Shown piece after piece: positions 52,488 to 60,362 of a stretch of 60,362 nucleotides of DNA (positions within the stretch are counted from its first letter, which is position 1; each line of letters starts with the position of its first letter). This DNA comes from an uncultured virus (IMG/VR IMGVR_UViG_3300010885_064105) (lineage: Duplodnaviria > Heunggongvirae > Uroviricota > Caudoviricetes): positions 62,001-122,362 of IMG/VR virus record IMGVR_UViG_3300010885_064105; one strand, 5' to 3'. The notes beneath the pieces are model-generated. The model was not told the origin of the DNA. It worked only from the letters and a program-made list of their open reading frames with translations, and searched no databases. The position numbers and the translations under genes were made by a program.

Positions 52488-55400
52488 TTATGTTCCTATT
52501 ACAGACACTCTGTATTGGTTGGTAGTTGGAGCAGAAACAAATATCACATTCAAGCTATTTGCATTTACATATACTATATCTGGATAAACATAGTAGTTTG
52601 TAGTTGTATCTCTAATAACAACATATGTATCATTTGCTGTATTTAAATTATGTGTGACTGCGTATGTAGTGTTTGTTCCGTCGCCTATGAGGACTGAGTA
52701 TGTGGATGCTGATCCTCTGGTGCCTTGCACACCCTGAGTACCTTGTAAGCCTTGAACTCCCTGACTTCCCGTAGTTCCCTGACTACCAACGGTACCTTGA
52801 ACGCCTTGTAAGCCTTGAACGCCCTGTACACCTTGTGTTCCTTGTAAGCCTTGAGTGCCTTGAGATCCTTGCACTCCTTGTAGACCTTGAGTTCCTTGCA
52901 CTCCTTGTGAACCTTGAGTACCTTGAACGCCTTGAGTGCCTTGAACGCCTTGAGTACCTTGAACGCCACGAACACCTGCGAGTGTTATCGTCCAGGATGT
53001 TGCTATGGTTGTGCCCAGATTATAATCAGCGGCGATAGCAAATGATGTGCCACCAGTAATTGTTACTATGCCTTCAAATAAATTAGACGCTGTGTTTATT
53101 GCACGAACACGATTTCCAGTTGCGAATGCTCCTTGGGCATTTGTTGTTAAAGTAATTGTGCCAGTAGAGGCTGGCGTTGCGGATGTTGTTGACGTTATTC
53201 CTGAATATCCAAGTCCTATTGTGCCTTGGACGCCTTGAGTGCCTTGAACGCCTTGTAAGCCCTGAACACCCTGAGTACCTTGTAAACCTTGAACGCCCTG
53301 AGTACCTTGAACGCCTTGGACGCCCTGTAAGCCTTGGATACCTTGGGTGCCTTGGGTGCCTTGGGTGCCTTGTACTCCTTGCAAACCTTGAACTCCCTGA
53401 GTACCCTGCACACCCTGTAAGCCTTGAATGCCCTGGGTTCCTTGTGTCCCTTGTAATCCTTGGACTCCTTGACTGCCTGTGCTGCCAACGGCGCCTTGAC
53501 TTCCCACGGCACCTTGAGTTCCTTGAGTGCCTTGCAGACCTTGAACGCCTTGAACACCTTGAACACCTTGAGTTCCTTGTAAACCTTGTGTTCCCTGCGA
53601 GCCTTGAGTACCTTGAACACCTTGAGTGCCTTGGTTGCCAGTTCTGTCAAATCGTATCCATGCTGTTCCTCCATTTGAGTATGAATTTAAACCTGATAAC
53701 CAAGAAACAGGAATGGAATACCATGTTGTATTATTAGTAGGTGTGCCTGTTACCGTAAATTGCTGGGGTCCAGAACCAAAAACATTAGATAATGTAATTA
53801 CAGCTTTGCTAGTGGGATCATTTGAAGAACCTAATATAGATAAAACTCCATTGCGATTAGTGCTTGTGGCGTCAGTTAGTGAAATAGAAATAATAGTAAC
53901 AGAGGTTAGTGTCGCACTATTATATTTAATATTCCCAGCACCCGGATCCGAAACTGTGGTATCAGTGGAAAATACCCAATTTAATCCAGCACTAGCTCCG
54001 ATTGTTCCTTGAGTTCCTTGTAGTCCTTGCGCTCCTTGTAAACCTTGAACGCCTTGTAAGCCTTGAACTCCTTGACTACCTTGACTGCCGGTAATGCCAA
54101 CGGTGCCTTGACTTCCCACGGTACCCTGACTACCAACTGTACCTTGCGTACCTTGAGAACCTTGAATATCCTGCGCAAGTCCATTTATATTAGCAAAACT
54201 TTCTACACTAGTTGCTCCGACTGTAGATCCTATTGATGCTGTGACAAAAACACCATTACCATAGACTAAAGCAGTAAAAGAAGTTTGGCCGCTAATAATA
54301 GTCCTAGATGTCCAATTAATACCGTCAGGACTTATCGCCCCAGTGTCTGAAATAGAATTTAGAGCAACAAAAGTTCCATTTCCGTAAGAAACATACCAAT
54401 CGCCACTAGCAGGAAGAGTTCTCTGAGTCCATGTGACTCCATCTGGACTCGTTGCTGCAATGTTTGAAGAAGACTTAGAAACAGCTACAAAGGTGCCGTT
54501 TCCATAGGTAACAGAACACCAACCAGCACTCGTTGGGAGAGTTGTTTGATTCCATGTAATACCATCATAGCTAGTGGCTACTTTGTTTGAAGAATTAGCA
54601 ACTGCAACAAAAACACCATTGCCATATGTGATTGAAATCCAAACGGAACTACTAGGCATAGTTCTTTGAGTCCACGTAATTCCATCTATGCTAGTCGCAC
54701 AAACACTTGACGAGTCTATGACAATAAAAACACCATTTCCATAGGCAATATCCAGCCAATTAGTACTAACAGGAAGAGTTCTCTGGGTCCATGTGACTCC
54801 ATCTGGACTTGTTGCTGCAATGTCCGTGAAGTTACCGATGGCAACAAAATTGCCATTTCCATATGCTACACTTTTCCAAAAAGTGCTAGCTGGCATGGTT
54901 CTTTGAATCCAAGTAAGCCCATCAGTGCTGGTTGCTGCTGCGGTGCCGTTGCCTGTGACAAGAAAGGTTTTATTGCCGTAGGCAGCACCGTACCATGAAG
55001 AACTTGTAGGAAAAGTTGTTTGAGTCCAGTTGGAATAACTATTTGATATGTCTGACGAGCTTAAAGTAACAACGCCAGTTTTGCCAGCAACACTTTGAAC
55101 TAAATTTGTGGCCCCAGAACCTTGGGTTCCTTGTATGCCTTGAACACCCTGAGTTCCTTGTGTCCCTTGTAATCCCTGGCCTCCTTGAGTACCTTGACTG
55201 CCGGTACTGCCAACGATGCCTTGACTTCCCACGGTACCCTGACTACCAACGGTACCTTGAACTCCTTGAGTACCTTGTCGGCCTTGAACACCTTGAACTC
55301 CTTGACTACCTTGACTGCCGATGGTGCCTTGACTACCTTGGAGCAATATATTACTTATCAATGATCTATTAATTAAACCACTAGTTTGAATCAGTAAATA

Positions 55401-55637
55401 ATCACTATTCTGAGGATTAGCTATAGTACCAAGAGAAGGTAAAGATAAATTATTAAATTGTCCACTATTTGCTATAATTAATCCACTAATATTAGTATTA
55501 CCAATAATATCTAGTTGACCACTTGGTGTATTAGTATTAATGCCTACTTTATTATCTGTAGAAATAAATATGGTCTCTTTAGTGCCAGACGCGCTAATAG
55601 ATTGACCTAATTGAGCATTATTATAATTTATTGTCAT
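52488..55637 (-). CDS. Collagen-like fibre with an embedded 7-repeat beta-propeller
   Basis: Four (G-X-Q)n blocks; seven W..[VI][AT]YGNG.FV repeats with S.DG.TW Asp-box-like motifs; N-terminal [16 protein letters not shown]-terminal VTHNLNT. Confidence 0.85.
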   Translation of the reverse strand: MTINYNNAQLGQSISASGTKETIFISTDNKVGINTNTPSGQLDIIGNTNISGLIIANSGQFNNLSLPSLGTIANPQNSDYLLIQTSGLINRSLISNILLQGSQGTIGSQGSQGVQGVQGRQGTQGVQGTVGSQGTVGSQGIVGSTGSQGTQGGQGLQGTQGTQGVQGIQGTQGSGATNLVQSVAGKTGVVTLSSSDISNSYSNWTQTTFPTSSSWYGAAYGNKTFLVTGNGTAAATSTDGLTWIQRTMPASTFWKSVAYGNGNFVAIGNFTDIAATSPDGVTWTQRTLPVSTNWLDIAYGNGVFIVIDSSSVCATSIDGITWTQRTMPSSSVWISITYGNGVFVAVANSSNKVATSYDGITWNQTTLPTSAGWCSVTYGNGTFVAVSKSSSNIAATSPDGVTWTQRTLPASGDWYVSYGNGTFVALNSISDTGAISPDGINWTSRTIISGQTSFTALVYGNGVFVTASIGSTVGATSVESFANINGLAQDIQGSQGTQGTVGSQGTVGSQGTVGITGSQGSQGVQGLQGVQGLQGAQGLQGTQGTIGASAGLNWVFSTDTTVSDPGAGNIKYNSATLTSVTIISISLTDATSTNRNGVLSILGSSNDPTSKAVITLSNVFGSGPQQFTVTGTPTNNTTWYSIPVSWLSGLNSYSNGGTAWIRFDRTGNQGTQGVQGTQGSQGTQGLQGTQGVQGVQGVQGLQGTQGTQGAVGSQGAVGSTGSQGVQGLQGTQGTQGIQGLQGVQGTQGVQGLQGVQGTQGTQGTQGIQGLQGVQGVQGTQGVQGLQGTQGVQGLQGVQGTQGVQGTIGLGYSGITSTTSATPASTGTITLTTNAQGAFATGNRVRAINTASNLFEGIVTITGGTSFAIAADYNLGTTIATSWTITLAGVRGVQGTQGVQGTQGVQGTQGSQGVQGTQGLQGVQGSQGTQGLQGTQGVQGVQGLQGVQGTVGSQGTTGSQGVQGLQGTQGVQGTRGSASTYSVLIGDGTNTTYAVTHNLNTANDTYVVIRDTTTNYYVYPDIVYVNANSLNVIFVSAPTTNQYRVSVIGT

Positions 55638-55680
55638 AGGTATATTAATAATCCTAGGTAGATATTATGACTATCAAAAT

Positions 55681-55687
55681 ATACACC
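55681..55687 (-). promoter_or_regulatory. GGTGTAT promoter-like motif
   Basis: CGGTGTATATTTTGATAG about 44 nt upstream of the 55637 start. Confidence 0.5.
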
Positions 55688-55717
55688 GTGCTGGATCTTA
55701 GTATTAAAAGAGTAAAT

Positions 55718-57046
55718 TTATGAAATTTTTCTAAAAATAAAACAATTTTCTGACGTTTGAATATTAGATAAGCATTCATTAACAGCTTTTTTAACGCCAG
55801 GAAAGTAATCAATATCTCCAAGATAATAATCATGTCCTGCTAAAATACCACCAGCTTTAATTTTAGGTAACCATGCTTCTATATCTTTTTTAACATCTTC
55901 ATATTCATGAGAAGCGTCAATAAAAACGAAATCTAAGGATTGATCTTTGAATCTATGAACTGCCTCCAAAGAACTCATTCTAAAGTCTTTGTAATATTTT
56001 TGTAATGGTTGCATATTATTAGTAAAAATATCATATAATTTTTCTAACTCTTTATTGTGTTGATGTTCTAGGCTTCCCTCCCAGGTATCTATACAATAAA
56101 ACTCAATATTTTTTTTAGAGTTAGCAATTTCAACAGCCATAAAAGCAGAAGATTTACCTTTCCAGCTGCCAACTTCGACAAAAGTGCTTCCAGAAGGGAA
56201 TTGATCAACTATAGATCTGTATAAATTAGGATAACTAAACCAATCCTCTCCAAATTGACTTTGTTGATAAATATGTTGAATTTGTAGTGTAGACATTATT
56301 TGTTTAATAGTAAAATTAACTCCTACATTTTTCCACCAATGCATAATATGGTTATATGAATCCCAATGATATTCTCCTTGTCCATTAATTGCTGTAAAGT
56401 CTATTCCAAAATATGTTGATTCAACATTTTTAACATCTTCTACTAATAATGGAATATTATATACAACTCCTAAATTAGCGAAAAGAATGTTTTCAACTAT
56501 TGGAATAAGATTGGTATTGTATATATCTAAATTAAATTCATTGTCGCTAACGTAATAATGATCTATAATTTTTTTGGCATATTCTCTTTTGATTAAATAT
56601 GCTGCTGCTCCCCAATCGTGAACATCTCTTAATCTAAATGTTATGTCTGGATAATTAGGTCTAATCCAAGCTAACTGGATACACTCCCAGTCTTGTGGTA
56701 GATTATTAACAAACTCATCCCAAGTAAAAGACCAATATTGTACAGGTTCTAGGGAGAGATCATCTTCACAAAAGAAAGCATAGTCTTCATTGGTTGAATC
56801 ATACCAGCTTTTGATTGCTTTTATGTGGGAAGTTGTGGGGCCTTTGCTATTCTCATGAAGATCTTTTACATATGACCCATTTAAAACTACATTATCATAC
56901 TCTTGATATCTTTTATAGATGTGTGGAGTAAAGTTTGTGATATTATATTGTTTAAATTGTTGAATTAAATTTGATCTTCTTTTTTTCGACTCCTCTATGC
57001 TAATATAATTGACCGTTGGAAAATTAGCTAAGGCTATTAGATTTCT
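55718..57046 (-). CDS. GT25-like glycosyltransferase fused in frame to a Methyltransf_24-like methyltransferase; no canonical start
   Basis: The frame of track ORF 55718..56344 stays open up to 57079: LANFPTVNYISIEESKKRR...SHIKAIKSW...FFCEDD...DWECIQL...AAYLIKREYAKK, then FVEVGSWKGKS...DFVFIDASHEY...GGILAGHDY. Confidence 0.8.
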   Translation of the reverse strand, partial: RNLIALANFPTVNYISIEESKKRRSNLIQQFKQYNITNFTPHIYKRYQEYDNVVLNGSYVKDLHENSKGPTTSHIKAIKSWYDSTNEDYAFFCEDDLSLEPVQYWSFTWDEFVNNLPQDWECIQLAWIRPNYPDITFRLRDVHDWGAAAYLIKREYAKKIIDHYYVSDNEFNLDIYNTNLIPIVENILFANLGVVYNIPLLVEDVKNVESTYFGIDFTAINGQGEYHWDSYNHIMHWWKNVGVNFTIKQIMSTLQIQHIYQQSQFGEDWFSYPNLYRSIVDQFPSGSTFVEVGSWKGKSSAFMAVEIANSKKNIEFYCIDTWEGSLEHQHNKELEKLYDIFTNNMQPLQKYYKDFRMSSLEAVHRFKDQSLDFVFIDASHEYEDVKKDIEAWLPKIKAGGILAGHDYYLGDIDYFPGVKKAVNECLSNIQTSENCFIFRKIS

Positions 57047-58284
57047 TTTTTTTTTAAGAACATAAGATCTTTGATCACATTAATATCTTGAGCAGGATAC
57101 GATTTGAATTCGTTAAGTACCTCTGCGTCTATGAGGTCTTTATGAACCCACCAATCTTCAAATGTACAATCACTATGAGGTGATATATCATTAAATACAA
57201 GAGTATAACCAACACTTTCTAAATACCTTCTAGATTTTTCTCGATATATTTTACTCATATCTACATAATGATCATGTTCGTAAGTAATAACTCTAAATTT
57301 GTACTTATTAAATGGTATTAATAATAGTGCTTCAAATGTATTTTTAGATGGTTCTATATCTAGTTGTAGATAGTCGATAATATTAGAAGAGAAAGTTTCA
57401 GACAATAGTTTATCGTAATCTACTGCTAAAGCATCTCCATTTATAACTCTATTTTTTCTTTCATGGATATGTTGTGAGGCTAACTCTCCATTTAGTTCTA
57501 TTCCAACCCCGGTCCAGTTAAAGTTTTGTTCAAGCAATGCTGTATTACTATTGTGGAAAGCGTGGGCTGATCCTATTTCCAGATAGGTTCCGTTAGTTTT
57601 ACCTTGCAAAGCAGCTAAGATGAATAGATCCTGACATACCTGAGAAAAGTTCTTTTCTATATTTTCTGAGCCTGGAAATTTAAATCTTAATAGATCATGC
57701 TGGGATTGGTCGTATCTGGTAATAGCTTCGGACTCTGGACCTGATCCTAGTGTAGATAAGTTTTGTTGAATTAGATGCTTATAAATGTCGTTAAGTTTAT
57801 CCTTATAATCATTCATTAAAACTCGCAATAGTTTTCTAGCTTCTCTGGGTTTACCGCACCACCATGAAGCTACTGCTTTTTGAAAAACCAAAAAATATTC
57901 GCCCTCATAGCCCACATCAAGATTGTCTGATGGCTCTTCTAATGCTAGTCCTATACAAGCATAAGTATAAGAATCCATCCATTGTAGTCTATGTTCATGT
58001 AATTGACTCAAAAAGAAATATGCTTCTCTTCTTGAAGGATATATAGCAATTGCTTGTTTTAATAGATTTTCACAAGTATGGTCTCTATTGCCGATTTGTT
58101 TGTAACATAAAAAGGTACGTAAAATACATTTATATCTCAGTAATTGATTATTTGTAAATTCTGCACATTTAATATAGAATCCTGATGCTGGAGCATAATG
58201 TTTCTGATCCTCATACCATTTTGCTAGCTCAAAAATTGCTATATCATTAGTGTGATCATTAATATAATTATCTAGTAATTTCAT
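57037..58284 (-). CDS. TPR-like region + FkbM-like methyltransferase
   Basis: Helical TPR-like N-half (AIAIYPSRREAYFFLS); FSQVCQD.F...NGTYLEIG...SNTALLE...W.G..IE...IDYLQLDIE...VITYEH...FEDWWV. Confidence 0.8.
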   Translation of the reverse strand: MKLLDNYINDHTNDIAIFELAKWYEDQKHYAPASGFYIKCAEFTNNQLLRYKCILRTFLCYKQIGNRDHTCENLLKQAIAIYPSRREAYFFLSQLHEHRLQWMDSYTYACIGLALEEPSDNLDVGYEGEYFLVFQKAVASWWCGKPREARKLLRVLMNDYKDKLNDIYKHLIQQNLSTLGSGPESEAITRYDQSQHDLLRFKFPGSENIEKNFSQVCQDLFILAALQGKTNGTYLEIGSAHAFHNSNTALLEQNFNWTGVGIELNGELASQHIHERKNRVINGDALAVDYDKLLSETFSSNIIDYLQLDIEPSKNTFEALLLIPFNKYKFRVITYEHDHYVDMSKIYREKSRRYLESVGYTLVFNDISPHSDCTFEDWWVHKDLIDAEVLNEFKSYPAQDINVIKDLMFLKKKEI

Positions 58285-59258
58285 ATATTCAACATCTTCT
58301 TAATTATATGTTTTGGAGCTTCTAATAAATATGCTGCATTATCTTGTACTCCAAAAGTCATCAATAAACTATCATTATAGTCACATAGGCCACAACAAAA
58401 TTCAACCTCACATCCTGTAAAGCTAAATGGTTCTGAAATTTTAACTATATGAAAATCTTGATTCCATAATACCAATCTATGTTTGTATGATACATTCTTT
58501 CTTCCTGCTTCACTCTTAAATAAATAAGTTTCATGAGTTAATGCTAAGTAATGATCTTCAAAAGGAATAACCTGAGATCCACCTCTTAAATCAGCAGCTT
58601 TTAGATCTTGGTATTCTGTTAATATTACAGTTTCGCAAATGCCTGTAACCGGATCAAATTTAGCTACTTCTGTAGGGTTTGTCCATTTTACATAATGATA
58701 TGGCTTGTCCAGAATGGGCATCCAGTTTTTCTCACAGTAACTACTATTATTTCCTGGCGCTGGAATTCTTTGTCTTTTAATTTCAACACTTTTATTATTT
58801 TTGATTAAAATTTCTGATAATTCCATTCGTCCTTCGCCATTAGTAGTAGTGTCCCTTCGTACTCCAGAAAGAAAAAATTTATTATCCCATTCTACTATTC
58901 TACAATCTTCTAATCCTACAAATTCCCACAAAGGTTTTTCATCTAACAAAGACGTATCTACAATGCTATGAGATTCTATTTCTAGTTTTTCATTTAAATT
59001 ACACAATATATTGTATGTTGTTAATGTAATATCGTTTTCTGGATGTAAATAGCATAGAGGTCCCCATATGTGCTCATTAACCCCATTCTCTGCATGATAT
59101 AAAACATAATTGATATTGCGTAAATTAACAATTAATTGATTATCTTTGTTTCTAAAAATAGAAGGATTGGTTAGAGAAGTTCCTATCATTGATGAAGAAG
59201 GAACTACTAAAGGATGGATTGATCCACCTTGTTCTAATATGGATTTGACGATATTCAT
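58281..59258 (-). CDS. GH130-like / five-bladed propeller glycan-active enzyme
   Basis: NPSI, GLEDCRI, EKNWMP, LRGGSQ, VEFCCGL, FGVQDN motifs. Confidence 0.65.
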   Translation of the reverse strand: MNIVKSILEQGGSIHPLVVPSSSMIGTSLTNPSIFRNKDNQLIVNLRNINYVLYHAENGVNEHIWGPLCYLHPENDITLTTYNILCNLNEKLEIESHSIVDTSLLDEKPLWEFVGLEDCRIVEWDNKFFLSGVRRDTTTNGEGRMELSEILIKNNKSVEIKRQRIPAPGNNSSYCEKNWMPILDKPYHYVKWTNPTEVAKFDPVTGICETVILTEYQDLKAADLRGGSQVIPFEDHYLALTHETYLFKSEAGRKNVSYKHRLVLWNQDFHIVKISEPFSFTGCEVEFCCGLCDYNDSLLMTFGVQDNAAYLLEAPKHIIKKMLNI

Positions 59259-59438
59259 TTTGTCCTATTCTATTTCCTAAGATACTTCTATCTATAGTTA
59301 GAGAAAATATTTTTATTTAAGTCAAGGATTTTTAAATTAACTGATGTATTATTAGATTTGCTAATGCTAATAGTTTAAGTTAGTATTGAGTTGTTATATG
59401 ATAGTGATATATTTATTTTTTATTAAATAGTCATTATA

Positions 59439-60020
59439 CTATACGCTGGATTGTAAACTTTCCCAAAGTGAGATGTCAGCGGCGTAAATATCACCCACCC
59501 GAGCTTCCTGCTCTGGCGTGAGAACAGGCTTGTCGGAGACGCCGTTTATTTTCTCCAATTTGACCGTCAGGCCAAGATAGTTTGCCATGCCTTGCAAGTC
59601 GGGAAACTTAAAAAGCTGGCTATCGGGCTGCGCAAATTGCGATATAGGCGTGAGGTGATGCCAGCTTGTACCCGCCGTGTATTCAAGCCACAGACGATCT
59701 GTAGACGCTGGTTGTTCGCCAAGATCATGAAACCAATACAGCCAGCAGAAAGCCTGTTCTGCGGTAATATTAAGTTTCCCCAGCAGCGAACAGAACCGTT
59801 CTAGCGGGTTACGTACCATCACCGCGCAGCCGGGCGGCAGTGTTGTTCCAATCCCGTAATCATTAAGCCGATGTCCTTGACCATCAACAACCGGATGATC
59901 CGGCACGCGGTCTGGGTGAAACTGCTTCAAAGCCATCAATCCAATTGATGATGTACCACTTCGTGATGTAAAATTAAAACTCTTACCATTAGGCAAATTG
60001 TACCATATTTTCCATTTCAT
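59439..60020 (-). CDS. Sulfotransferase (Sulfotransfer_2 / HNK-1-like)
   Basis: 5'-PSB-like SRSGTSSI, 3'-PB VRNPLERFCS, HLTPISQF, IYAADISLW. Likely start MKWKIW at 60020 (ATGA overlap with the upstream stop). Confidence 0.7.
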   Translation of the reverse strand: MKWKIWYNLPNGKSFNFTSRSGTSSIGLMALKQFHPDRVPDHPVVDGQGHRLNDYGIGTTLPPGCAVMVRNPLERFCSLLGKLNITAEQAFCWLYWFHDLGEQPASTDRLWLEYTAGTSWHHLTPISQFAQPDSQLFKFPDLQGMANYLGLTVKLEKINGVSDKPVLTPEQEARVGDIYAADISLWESLQSSV

Positions 60021-60361
60021 TTTGTGACTCCTTGTTGCCAATCTTGACTCGGAGGAAAATCAAGATTCCAACCGACGCTCACCCGCCAGCATTTTGAAAA
60101 AACAGCGTGCCACTCGGGGCATTTGAATGTACGAATATTCCATCCCGGCTTATCCCAATCCACTACCGTCTTGCCGTCTCTGAACCACAACATTCCGCTT
60201 TTTCCGTTCTCACTCCAAGCAGCATACATGCGCCTCCCTGGCCAATCTCCATTGGTGTGCCAGTCCATATAGCCTCCTGGAGGGTATATCATTCTACCAC
60301 TAATTCTACATGACGTTGTTTTGTAAGCATCAATACCAAGATCAAAATTATGATTACAACC
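60017..60361 (-). CDS. 2OG-Fe(II) oxygenase / cupin-like protein, 5' end probably outside the window
   Basis: YPPGGYMDWHTN...WHAV...RVSVG; the frame stays open from 60292 to the right edge. Confidence 0.6.
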   Translation of the reverse strand, partial: GCNHNFDLGIDAYKTTSCRISGRMIYPPGGYMDWHTNGDWPGRRMYAAWSENGKSGMLWFRDGKTVVDWDKPGWNIRTFKCPEWHAVFSKCWRVSVGWNLDFPPSQDWQQGVTK

Positions 60362-60362
60362 A

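Noticed and set aside
52685..55372. Alternative-frame ORFs over the collagen gene (e.g. 53177..53737 +, 53216..53674 -)
   Set aside because: Artefacts of the 9-bp periodic G-X-Q coding repeats
59290..59326. Sigma70-like promoter (TTGACT ... TATAGA) upstream of 59258
   Set aside because: Spacing of about 23 nt is too long, and such hexamers are common in AT-rich DNA
1..60362. tRNA, rRNA, integrase, transposase, tail sheath or capsid genes
   Set aside because: None recognised; intergenic gaps are short and AT-rich with no cloverleaf-like sequence

Overview
AT-rich virion-morphogenesis region of a large tailed dsDNA phage, almost entirely on the minus strand. It is probably a long non-contractile-tailed (sipho-like) phage because a tail-tube-like gene is present and no sheath gene is visible in the window. 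In transcription order (right to left) it holds a glycan-modification cluster (oxygenase, sulfotransferase, GH130-like propeller, methyltransferases, GT25, GT2), a collagen-like fibre, three paralogous 7-bladed propellers, a head-tail adaptor, a 4126-aa fibre/adhesin and other fibres, neck/terminator/tube genes, and putative chaperones. The first 21.5 kb look empty in the ORF track. They are in fact one reading frame (ATG at 21514, more than 7170 codons) that runs off the left edge with no stop I could find. It encodes a tape-measure protein carrying a string of enzyme-like domains: two ADP-ribosyltransferase-like, two PD-(D/E)xK-like, a HAD phosphatase, a protein-kinase-like domain, EF-hands and several unknown domains. 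These are separated by recurring GG-containing linkers (GTDTVPAMLTPGEFVVN and GGxIQ[KR]FxxG). This tape-measure effector polyprotein is the main candidate for a new system. Secondary findings: an A10 run that joins a start-less GT25 domain to the upstream gene by a -1 shift, a terminator directly in front of the tape-measure RBS, and a GGTGTAT promoter-like motif. All functional calls come from motif recognition by eye, not from database searches.
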